This document shows, piece after piece, positions 33,101 to 45,100 of a stretch of 64,000 nucleotides of DNA. A program made the position numbers and the translations under genes. Where the stretch lies: positions 14,145,980 through 14,209,979 of the forward strand of contig MU059330.1 in the NCBI GenBank assembly GCA_013265495.1, given 5' to 3'. The stretch is from Vicugna vicugna (Eukaryota). Numbering within the stretch: position 1 is the first letter of the stretch; each line of letters opens with the position of its first letter. The notes beneath the pieces were generated by a model. That model saw nothing but the letters and a program-made list of their open reading frames with translations, was not told the origin of the DNA and made no database searches.

Positions 33101-36100
33101 AGCCTGGAAAGCCCCAGGCATTTCTGGGTCCTACTGGTCAGTGGCAGTGCCGGAGCTCCACCTGCGTGTAAACCAGGACAAGTGCTGAATCTCCACGGCA
33201 TCGCTGCCCAGGAGTAGAACTGGAGTCACGATGTCGTTTAAGTCTTCCAGCAGCCGTGACAAGAAAGGAACAAAGGTGAAACTAACGTATCGCAGCCCAG
33301 GGACCAGTGTCGGCACTTTAGCGCGTAACTGGGCAGAGCTCGCTGCCGCGATCCCAGGTTTTTCCTCTGCCGAGTCTCTGAGACCCCGCGTGGGTGCAGG
33401 CCGCGTGCACGCGCATCTCGGTCCAGGCCTGCCGGGCCAGCACAGATGGGGTGAGCGGGCCTGTCTCCCCAGGAGCTGGCTGCGTCCCAGCTGAGGAGCA
33501 CCGTCTGAGAGAGGCCGTCCTGGCCAAGTTCCTGTGCTGGTTGATGGGCACGTATGTGGTCGAGCTGCTCAGGGCATTCTTTTATGTCACGGAGACCACG
33601 TTTCAGAAGAACCGGCTCTTCTTCTTCCGGAAGAGCGTCTGGACCCAGCTGCAAAGCATCGGCATCAGGTAGGGTGGTCCTCGGGTGTCACGCGGTCTCT
33701 GCTTCCCACCTGTGCAGACGCCAGTAAGCTGAGTGCCGACTCCTACTCCCAGCTCCCGCCGGCCTCCCCGTGGCTCCGGCTGCACCAGGGGCGTGTGAGC
33801 CAGGGTCCTGCACTCGGCATGGACCCCTGCAGCCCCCCTCTTCTTACCCGTAAAGCCCAGGGTTTGAGCGAGAGGGTCTGAGGGTGTGGGCAGGGGTGCG
33901 GTTTGACTGATGGAAACAGCACGGGCGGACCGCTCACTGCTCTACTCGTGGGCCTAGGGCGGTTTCACTCCGCAGAGCAAGTGTGGCTGCACGACAGGTG
34001 CTGCGGGAATTACCCGGGGACCAGAGTCCCCGAGCAGCAGCGCTTCCAGAGGCTGCCTGCCTCACGGTGACCACTGGGTTTGTCTCCATTGCTCAGTGGC
34101 TGTTTTATGTCCCTTTTGAAGGATTGGGCGGATGTGAGCTGCATTGGGATTCAATCAGGATCGTGTGACAGCCTCAAAGACATGGGCTGAGCTCAGCCGA
34201 GGTGCCCAGCATCAGAGGGCGCAGCTGTGCCCTGAGTCAGGACGTCCGCGGAGGGAGCCGGGCTGGGCCCTGGGCCACATGGGGGTGTCCGGCATCCAGG
34301 AGAGGCTCGGAGGCCTTTGTCAGGGCCTGAGTTCGTGCACGGTGCACCTTATTTAAAGTATTTCACGGCCAGTGGTCCCAAGCGGCCTCTAGGTTCAACT
34401 TGCGGGTACCGTGGGGACGTCCTCTGCTGGTGAGCCTTCGAGTTCCATGATGTGCTCTGCTTGTGAGCCACCCTTCACCCCGGGGCCCCCAGTCCAGGGA
34501 GCATTCTCTCCCCAGCTGCCAGGAGGTGGGGGGCACCTAGCCCCTCCTTGTAGGTAGTTTTGGGGTAAAGGCTGAAGGGAGCTGGCAGGTCCACAGGGAC
34601 TGCTCAGAGCACCCCCTGCTCGTTCTGTGTGGAGGAAGGCGGAGTCTCTGGCCCAAGGGTCCCGTCTGGCCCCAGCCTGCACTACCTGGGGCTCTGTCCA
34701 GAGGAGCTGGGTGTCCTGGCCCCGCCGTGGAGAGGCCTCCAGCAGGCACCTAGCTGCAGTGCCACATCCAGGGTGCTGGGCGCTGGGCACTGGGCTCTGC
34801 CGACCGCACAGGCACCAGGGTCTGCCGGGCTTACCCGCCCTGGCTCCCTGCGGGCCTTTCTGCTCCAGACAACACTTAGATCGCGTGCGGCTTCGAGAAC
34901 TGTCGGAAGCCGAGGTCAAGCGACACCAGGAGGCCAGGCACGCTCTGCTGACATCCAGACTCCGCTTCCTCCCCAAGCCCAGTGGGCTGCGGCCAATCGT
35001 GAACATGGACTACGTCGCGGGAGCCAGGACCGCCCCCAGGGACAAGAAGGTCACCGCTTGTGTCACTTGGAAGCAAAATACTTTTAAACCCTGGATCTGG
35101 CATTGGTGCCGTCAGGATCCACCCCGAGGAGGCCGGCAGCCATGAGGAGGCCAGCGCCTGCAGCATCTCGGGCCATGGAGGGGCGGGGTTCCCAGGTCCC
35201 GAGAGGCGCTCCTGGAAAGGCCAGCCCTTCAAGGTGCTGGACAGGCTCCAGGAGCCCACAGGGATGTCATGACACGACCCCCTGTGCGCCAGCTCCTGGA
35301 GTCCTGCAGTGGGGGACCGTGTGCTCTCTGGGATCCAGGGGCAAGAGGGACCACGTGATGAGCTGTCACCTGCCCTCTGGGGTCCCGAGGACCCTGTAGG
35401 ACCTCACCCCCGGGGTTAGCCTCAGTGACTCCTCCCCCCTACCACGGCGCCATGTGTCACTCCTTCCGAGTGCCCCCTATGGTATTTGGGGGTGATTTTG
35501 TCATTAGTGGAAGGAAAAGCTGTCGATACTGACAGAGGTTTTGGTTTTGAGCACAGATGAACTCCTCACTTGGTGGGGAGGCCCTGGGGGGCAGCATCCC
35601 TCCCTGCTGGGTGGGGCCCAGGTAGAGGGGATCAGCAGTGTAGCCAGCTACATTTTTCCATACGTGTCCGGGATCCCACGACGGGTCCCTGGGGAGACCC
35701 TGGGGGTGGGGGTGGGCAGGGGAGGCCGCAGGGGACACCGAGCGGGATCAGCCTCTCTTGTCCCTGGGGCGGTCTGACCCTGGGTCCCGTTTGGCTGGGG
35801 CCCCTCTGGTGACACTGGCCTTCCTGGGCTGGGCCTGCAGGTCCAGCACCTCTCCTCCCGGGTCAAGACCCTGTTCGCTGTTCTGAACTATGAGCGGACG
35901 CGGCGCCCGGGCCTCCTGGGGGCCTCCGTGCTGGGCGTGGACGACGTCTACAGGGCCTGGCGAGCCTTCGTGCTGCCCCTGCGGGCCCGGCACCCAGCAC
36001 CCCCTCTGTACTTCGTCAAGGTGAGGGCCAGGCCTCACCCCCGACACCTGTCAAGGGAGATGGCCAGGCCTCGGGGGCCTGTGGGAGCTGCCCCTGTGGG

Positions 36101-39100
36101 TGGCCTGCCCCTGTCTAGGGGCGTGGCCGGCCTTCTTCAGGTCCTGTTTGCCCGGATAGGGTGCCCCTGGTGCAGCCACATCCTTATCCCACAAATGTTC
36201 CTGTGAGCAGGAAGTCAGGGGACCCCGTCTGCATATGGGGGTGACCAGCTCCCAAGGGCAGAAGCTCTGTGCCTTCCCTGCTGGAGTTGACTCCGTTACT
36301 GCACCCCAGCTCCATGGGGGCTCCTGCCCTCGGGGTCCCCTTCAGAGAAGGAAGCCCACCTGCTCGGATCCCAGCACTGGGCCCTGAGAGCCCTGGCCAT
36401 CTTCCAGCGTCTCCTGGTCACCAGCCTGCAGCCCAGAGAGGACGCAGACCCGATCTGGGGGTGCTCGGAGTCTGGGGGAGTCGAGGTGTCTCCATGAGAG
36501 CCCCACGGAGGGTGGGTGTGTGGCGAGGATGGGATGGTGGGGGCTTCAGGGTCTCTCCTGCCCTCCCTTGTCTGATTCCTCACAGGGTTTGCTAAAGCCA
36601 GGTCAGAACTAGCAGGACCTGGGAACTCGGGGGCCAAGGTGAGCGTGTAATCAGGTTCCTCCGCTCCCACGTAGGTGGACGTGACGGGGGCGTACGACGC
36701 CCTCCCTCAGGACAGGCTGGTGGAGGTGATCGCCAAAGTGATCCGGCCCCAGGAGAGCACGTACTGCGTGCGCCGATATGCTGTGGTCCAGAGGGCCACC
36801 CGCGGACACGTCCGGAAGTCCTTCAAGAGACACGTAAGGCCCGCAGGGCACGTGTTCAGCGGCAGGGTGTGCACTCCGCGGTGGGGCGCACGATCTGTGG
36901 GGCTGTGAGCCCCGTGGTGGGGCGTGCCATCTGCGGTGGGGGCCTCCAGGTCATCGTCCTCACTCTTGTTCGTGTTGCTGGCGGGTCTCCTGCTGCTGCA
37001 CCTTCACAGCCGAGGCCCCAGCTGCACGCCAGCCTTGCCGAGAGGTGGGACGCTGGTGGAGCAGGGCCGTGCGTGTGTGGCTGTGGTGTCCCCGAGGCCT
37101 CCCCCAGGAGCCCGTGCCTGGCCCGTGGCCTCAGGGAGGGACCACCTGTGCTCTGGGAGGGGAGGGCCCAGAGAGTGCCTCACCAGCACTCCTGACCTCG
37201 CTTGCTGTCCCTGCCTGCACAGTGGGGTGGGGGCCCAAGGGCACCCCCTCAGTGGCCAGGGTCCTCAGGCCTCGGCAGAGCTGGAGAAGGCTGAGGGGCT
37301 CATGCCTTGGGCCGCCAGCATGTGGGGTTTCCTGCTGCTCGGGTGAGGGCGCTCAGCCCCTACCCCCAGAGCAGCACACATCCACCTGTCTCCCAGTCAC
37401 TGAAGGGCACCTCTGTTTCTGATTGCCTGTGAAATCCATTTATTGAATTCTTGGGTTCCACCAGCCTGTTTTTCAGCTCTAGAAATCCCATGTGGATTTT
37501 CTCACATTCCAGATTTTTGGTGACATCCTCCAAGTTTTCCTTTGCTTCGGTAGCTGTGTTAGCTTTATTCATTTTACTTATTAATTTTATTTGTTTTAAC
37601 TGGAGTACAGTCAGTTACAGTGTGTCAGTTTCTGGTGGACAGCACGGTGTCCCAGTCACGCAGAAACAGACGTATTTTCGTTTTCATACTCCCTTTCATT
37701 AAAGATTATTACAAGATACTGAATATAGTTCCCTGTGCTGTACAGGAGAAATTTGTTTTTTGTCTATTTTTATCTATAGCAGTTAAAATTTGCAAATCTC
37801 AAACATCCACATTTATCCCTTCCCACCCCTTCGCCCCAGTGACCTAAGAGCGTTTGCTGCGCCTGTGAGTCTGCCTTGCTTTTGCAGAGGCGCTCAGGAA
37901 GTCAGGTTTCCCTGCAGCCCCGCCTCCCAGGGCTGCGCCTCAGTCCGGGCTGCGCAGTGGCCCTGAACCCTGACGTCTTCAACCTCGCAGCTCCCACTTT
38001 GTGCTCGAACTCCACCTGCCACCATGGGTACAGACCTCAGGGAGAAGTGGGGGCGCAGGTGGGGTGCCCCACAAGGACTGGGACCCCAGTCTGCCCGCGT
38101 CCTGCCTTTCCAGCCCCCCAAGCAGCCTTGCTCTGTGTGTCATCGGCGGTCATAGCGGCTGTGGTGGGTGGGGAGAGGAGCTGACCGCAGAAGCTGCATT
38201 TCAGGACCTCCTGGGCTCTGTCCCCATCCTGGGAGTCCCTGTGACATCAGGGCTCCGGGAGGTGTCCCCCCACCTCACACCGTCCTCACCAGCAGGTGTC
38301 CACCCTCGCGGACCTCCAGCCGTACATGAGACAGTTTGTGGAGCATCTGCAGGCCACCAGCTCGCTGAGGGACGCCGTGGTCATCGAGCAGGTCAGCGTG
38401 GGCACCCGGCTCACCCCTGGGCCAGGGACGAGGGAGCTGTGGACGCCCTCCCTGGCCGGCAGAGACTGCTTCCACCTTTGGCCACGTTTCTGCCGCCTCA
38501 CCGAGCCCTCTGCGGCTACCCGCAGCCCTTCCTGATTCACTGCATATCTTATCTCTCTGATTTGACCTTGAGGCCAAGAGAAGAGGAACCCCTTCCTTTA
38601 GGACAAGTCAGGTTTTCCCCGTAGACCCTCCTTCAACTGCCCATGGGGGCCCACGCTTTCTCCCCTGTGAGCAGAGTGTCCCCGGCGGGTCCGCCAGGTG
38701 TCGGCCCGGGAGGATCCCTGTTTCATGCAGAATGGTTTCAGGGTAACCCTGCCACCAAGTGAGGCTCTAAGACCCCAGACGTCTTTCCTTCGGGTCCCGG
38801 GGCCCCACCATATGCTGCTTGACCAGCCCAGAGTGGCGTCCAGGGGGCATCCTCACCGCCCATGGGCCACGCTCCCGTCTATTCCAGAGCTACTGTCTGA
38901 ATGAGACCGGCTGCAGCCTCTTCGAGTCCTTCCTGCGCCTGGTGCACAACCACGTCATGAGGATTGGGGGCAGGTGGGCACCATCCTCCGCCTCCCCGAC
39001 TTCACAGGCCGCACAGGTTCTGCGGCCGCTCGGCCCATGTGGCGGAGTGAGGCTCCTGGCCGACAGTTGTTTAAGTGTGTGTGAGGCCAGACCTGCCTGG

Positions 39101-42100
39101 GCAGGCGCTGTGTGAGACCCCCATGTGCTTTTGTGGAGGGCGGTGGTCCTGGGGCTCCAGGCTCACGGCCGTGGCTGTTGGAGGTCAGCCTGGACCGTGG
39201 AGCCTTCTTGGGGCTCGTTAACCATGTGCTGAGGTTGGGAAACCTTCTGGTTAGAAGACCTTCTGCGTCATTATGACGCTCACCCAGAGGTGGTTACACT
39301 GCAGTGTAAACCCTTGCCGACATCCTGGGGGAGGCACGCATGCCAAGCGCACAGCAGGGCAAGTTTCGACCAAAGGAATGTACCTGCACATGCATATAGA
39401 TGGCACCAGCTGGGAGGTGACTCTCCCCAAGAAAGGCCATGCCTGAGACCCCAGATGCCCTCAGGGCCCCACCTGCTGTGACGTGTGTGGATGAAGTTGT
39501 TCACATGTGACCAGGCGTGTGGCAGGGCTTCGTGGGGAGCATGACACGCCTTGAGCCCCGTCCCCCAAGGTGGATGTGGCATATGTGTGTGTGCACGTGT
39601 ATTGCCGTGGCTGGCCTCCCTTCTAACCACATCCTGCCCCCCAGGTCCTACGTCCAGTGTCAGGGGGTCCCCCAGGGCTCCGTGCTGTCCACCCTCCTCT
39701 GCAGCCTGTGCTACGGAGACATGGAGGACAAGGTCTTCCCCGGAGTGCAGCAGGATGGGTAGGACCCCTCTGTCCTCTGTGGGCATCGCTTTGCTTTGGC
39801 CTGTTTGCATTTCTCGTCCTGGGTGGAGACAGGGCCACACCCTTTCCCCCTGCAACGTCACCCGGGAGGCATTAGCAGAGCGTGGGATGGCACATGGCTC
39901 GCGGTGTGGCCGGGGCCCAAGGGCAATTCCACAGGCATCCAGCCGGCACCAAGACTGTGCCCTTCTGGCCCGACTACAGGCCTCCTTCCCCGGCTGATGC
40001 CAAATCCCACCAACATGTAAGTCTCTTGCTCAGATCCTTGGGAGAAGATCGCTTTATTCATGCCCACGGGAACTCAGATGTTATGTTTTCGACCTTCAGC
40101 GCCCCAGGAGGACGTTGTGCTCGGGGTGTAAAAGGCAGTGCTCTCCATTTTCTTTCCTTGTCCAGGGTCCTCCTGCGCTTGGTGGACGACTTCCTGCTGG
40201 TCACACCGCACCTGACACGTGCGAAAGCCTTTCTCAGGTAAGGGCCTGCACGTGCGTGTGTCTCCGCGGGCACTTCTGCGGACGTAACGCATGCACAGCA
40301 AGCAATTCCCGTCCCACCCTGCGGAACCCTGTGCATCCCAGTGTCTCTGGCGAGTGTCGCGTGGCACAGTCCCGCTGCTCTGAGAACGCGGACGTGGCCA
40401 CCGGGACGCAGGTACCACCGAGAGTGGGACTGAGCCCATGGGGCCTCCGCGCGTGCGGCACCCTGGCGGAGGCCGGAGCAGCAGCAGCTCCTCCTGGAGG
40501 CTGAGCCCTGCACAGCATGGGGCGCGGAGGAGAGGCCCGGCGGCCTTCCCTGCAGAAGAGGGTGCTGTGAGGGGAGGGAGACTCCAGACTTGCCCGGGGA
40601 TGATGTTGCAAGTTCTGGGGGTCGCCTAGGGGTCGGTGCCCAAGTCAACTTGGCCCCCAGGGCCCTTGCCTTTGGGCTGTGGTCCTAGAGCCCTGTTCCC
40701 CTCAGGGCAGCCCCAGGAATCTGGGGGCTTGTTCCAGCGTGTGGTTTCCAAGGAAGAAGAAATTTGCAAAGCTGAGCCCTCACAGTGTCCCTGCCTCTGG
40801 TCACTGGCCTGCCTTTGGGGAAGCCTGTCGGCCAGCACCCACGCGCCCGGCTTCCCCACCGCCGCCGCTGCCTCTGCCCTTCCCCAGCCCGGCCAGCCTG
40901 GTCTCTGTTTATTAGCACTGGTCACCTAGAAGCCTGAGGCCAGAGCAGGGCTGTGTCCGGCCTTCCTAGGGGCCTGCCCGGTCCCAGTCCTCGGCCCCCC
41001 GCTGCCTCTCGGGGTCTTAAGTGGCGTTGACCAGTGCTTCCCAGACCCGCCCGGGTGGCCCTCTCTGCCCAGTGGCTGACCGGCCCCTCCACTTCAGCAC
41101 CCTGGTCAGAGGCGTGCCCGAGTACGGCTGCCTGGCGAACCTGCGCAAGACGGTGGTGAACTTCCCCGTGGAAGACGGCGCCCTGGGCGGCCAGGCCCCC
41201 CTCCAGCTGCCGGCACACTGCCTGTTCCCCTGGTGCGGCTTGCTGCTGGACACCCAGACCCTGGAGGTGCGCTGTGACTACTCCAGGTGAGAGCCGGCCG
41301 GCAGCTCGCTCAGGCTGCCCTCTCCTGAGTGAAGGTGCTGCCACCTGGAGAGGTCAGAGGTCAGAGAGCCGTCTCCCCATCCGGGGGGTGGGGGGACGTG
41401 CTCACGGGGGGCACAGTTTTCTGGGCCGTTTTTGGTAAAAGAACAACCGTGCAGCAGAATCCGGGACCCTGGCGTGTTCTGCAGGGACGTGTGCAGATCC
41501 GACCGGAGATTTCGGGACCTGCCAGACACAGGTCTCTTCAGGGCCAGGCACGAGCGTCAGCGCCCATCTTGGTCTCCCTGGACGTTGGGTTTGCGGTCGC
41601 CTTGGGTCTGTCGGGGCACAGGGCTGCAGCGTGTGGGGCCTGCTCCGTGTGCGGTGCCGTGGGTGCCAGCCTCTGCCGCTCAGGCTGCCATCAAAGTACT
41701 GCGGACGGGCCTGACCCCTCGGTCCAGAGCTGGAAGCTGAGGTCCAGGTGCTGCAGGCCCGTCTCCCCCGCCGAGGCCTCGCATGGTCGTCCCTGTGTCC
41801 AGGCAGCGTCGTTCTCTTCTTCAGCCCCCGCCCCGCTGGGTTAGGGCCCGCCTTCCTGGTCTTAGTTCACCTTCCTCACTGCCTTCAAGGACTTGTTCCC
41901 AAACGGCCCTGGTGGTCAGGGCTTCAACACGTGAATTCAGGGGGTGCGGCTAAGGTGTTCACACAGTTCCCAATAATTCCATTTCTGGAAATCTTTCCCA
42001 GAACGGAAACGAGAGACGTCACCTGAGGTTTTATTTGATCGTCTTTAAGTGCTTGGGGGGCAGATGAAATGGCCTTGGTAAAGGCTCAGTGGGTGCCGTG

Positions 42101-45100
42101 TCACCGAGGGGAAACCTCGATCTGCCGTTAAAATTGTTTTCAAAGTGCGATTAAGGGAATGGGAAGTGTACGTCAAGTGAGAGTATGTGGAAGCTGGGGC
42201 GAGAGGGCCCGTCCTGGGGTGTGGGCCGCGTCACGTGACGTCACACTCGGGGGTGGGAGGCGCAGGACCCCACGGGCACAGCGGGGCTGACGAGGCCCCT
42301 TCCCTTGACACTTCGGGCCCATCATGTGACTGCGCCGGTCGCTTGGTCCTGCTTCAGGGGTGTTGGGGGCGACCTTCTCCTGGGAGAAGCCACAGACCTG
42401 GCTGGGGGCTGCCAACCCCCCATTTCCCCAGAGCTGCCCGCCCACACAGGTGACTCCGGGGAGGTGCTGGGCCCTCTGTGGGCCTGAGTGACCAGTGCTC
42501 TGGAGTGAAAAGTGCACAGGCCATATGGGGCCTCTGTGTCTGTCCCTCGGGAAGGAACATGCAAAATGACCTGAGGTTTGGAGCCAGTGATACAAACAAG
42601 GCCTGGAAGGACGTGTGTCCAGGAGGCCAGGCCAAGGCCGCGCCGCGCCGCGCCGCGAGCCAGCGTCTGCGGACACCCGTGCAGGCCGGGGCCGGGGGGC
42701 AGCAGGTGGGGCCGGTCTGGGTCCAGCTCCACACGAGTACAGGCCAGGCGCTGGGGTGGGTCAGAGCCGCACGTGACAAGGCGGGGCGTGCGTGTCTGGC
42801 AGCGTGAGGGGGACGTGTGTGTCACACGGGACCCCGCCCTGTCCCTCAGTTACGCCCGGACCTCGATCAGAGCGAGTCTCACCTTCAACCAGGGCTTCAA
42901 GGCTGGAAGGAACATGCGCCGCAAACTCTTCGCGGTCTTGCGGCTGAAGTGCCACGGCCTCTTTCTGGACCTGCAGGTGCGTGGGCTGCGGGCGGCGGCC
43001 GGGGCTTCAGAGTGAGGGCTCTGGCATCAGGCCCCCAGGGGCCCCTGTGCTTCTTAGATCTGGGTGTGCGTGTGCGTGTGCGTGAGTGTGTGCGTGTGTG
43101 GAGGCCCCTGCCCTCACCTGCTGAGTGGCTGCCGTGCCCCCGCGCCCCCGCGCCCTGGCTCCTCGCAGGGTGCGGGCCGAGGTCATGGCCCGGCCGGGCT
43201 GGGCTCGCGCCTCCTTGTCCTTCCCGCCCGTCATCCTGCTGGCGGCCCCACAGAGTCCTGACCCTGTGGCCGGTGAGGGGAAATAAAACAAAAGGTAGAA
43301 AGTCAAGTCCCAGGGGTATTGCCAGCGCTTCTCTTTCCTCGTGACTCCAGGTGAACAGTCTCCAGACAGTTTTCACAAACGTTTACAAGATATTCCTGCT
43401 GCAGGCATACAGGTGGGTCCCTGGCGGGGCGAGGGCGCCCTCTGGGTCTGTGAGGACGGACGCAGCGCCCACCTGAGCAGCAGGTACCGCCTGTCCGCCC
43501 GCGTCCCCGTCCGCTCGAGAGGTGCTGCTCCCGGCACCAGGCAGCGGTGGAGGCCAGCGTGGCCAGGGTGTCCCGTGTCCCCATGTGCTGGCTCCCCTGT
43601 GGTGAGGGGGCAGGGGAGGGGCTGCAGAGTTGGAGGAAGGCGGCCACGGGGCAGGGGTGGGTCCGGAGAGCAGAGGGCCGTGGCCCCAGACCCTCAAGAG
43701 CGGCTCCAGGCCAGCCCAGCCGTGCTTCCGGGACGCTCCCTGCCCCTGGGGGCTCTGCAGCCCCCGGCCGGGAAGTAGGGGATGGGCCGGTGATCATGGG
43801 CCATTGGGGCTTGTGTTCCCACATGTCCACCTTGGGAAGGCGGACGCTGTCCTTCACTGACCGGTCCTCTTGCCCGCGGCCTCACTCTCGGTGGTTTCCG
43901 GGGGAGCCCTGCCTGGGCAGCTCAGGGAGGCAGCTGACTTCCCACGGCCCCATCACAGTGAGCGAGGGGAGAGCCGTCTCCCGGCTAATGGGGAGCCGGG
44001 CGACCACTGAGAGCCCGCGAGGGACGGTTATCCAGGGCCGTGCGGTCGTTGTGAACCGAGCTTGTTGCAGGGTCTGGATGGGCTCGGGGGGAAGTTCCTG
44101 CTGAAAAGTCCCGCCAGGAAGACCGCTTCTAACTCAGAGGCCTGGGCTCTGTTTTGGTGACAAGGCCGTGTGTGCCCCTTTGGTGCCCCTCAACGCCCTG
44201 GCCACGCTCCTGCACCTCCCAAGGCGCCCCTGTGCTCTTGTGCCAGCTGCCTCTGCACCCTCGGGACAGGTGCTCACGCCCCTGCCATGCCAGCTGCGGG
44301 GGGCGGGTCACAGTGACCCCCACGCACCCGCACACCTCTGGGGGCGTGAGAAGAGCAAGGGTGGGGACCCTGCTCCAGGATCCCCAGGGTCTCACTCTGT
44401 ATCCCTGCCTTGGACCCTGTGCTCTGTGGGGAGCTGGCCCCAGACCCCTGCTCTCCAGGGAACATTGTAGACACCTGAGCTCAGGGGAGGCCACCCTCAG
44501 GTGGCCCTGTGCACCTCTGTCCGGGTGGTGATGTGCACCCGGGACAGTGACCGTGCAGAGCCACAGCACCCTACCCGCTGCATCAAGGATGTCATCTGCT
44601 TCCACACGCGGGTGGTGCGCACACAGGCAGACCCAGGAGCCCCGCGCCTCCAAGGCAGGGTGGGGAGTGTAAAGCTGGACCGTGCAGGTCACACCCACCA
44701 GGGCTGGGCAGGCGAGGTCGTGGGGGTCACGTGGCACTCAGCAGACTGGAACCCACCAAACTCAGCTCCTCTCGGGGGAAAGGGAAATCCCTGCTGGTGG
44801 AGGCCTCCCCACTCCACACGGAGCACCACCCCTCCCCCAGAGAGGGTCCTCCGCCTGCAGGACGAGCCCCTCCCAGGACAGCAGTGTGGCCTGACCCCGG
44901 CCCCGGCGCACGATGTTCGCGAGTTTCCAGAACAGGCTCCCCTCTCGCGTAGGTGGGGACGGTGCCTCCCCACTCCGCAGGGTTCTGGTGAGCTCTTGTG
45001 AGATCGGACGGCCAGGTCCACACCTGCACCTTATGGCAGAGAGGACCCCGGGGGTGAGACAGGGCACAGGCCCCCGAGAGGGTTGTCACATGGTCACGTG

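Noticed and set aside
38974-39644. NOVA1-type YCAY cluster as in human TERT intron 8
   Set aside because: Only scattered YCAY tetramers, no evident cluster
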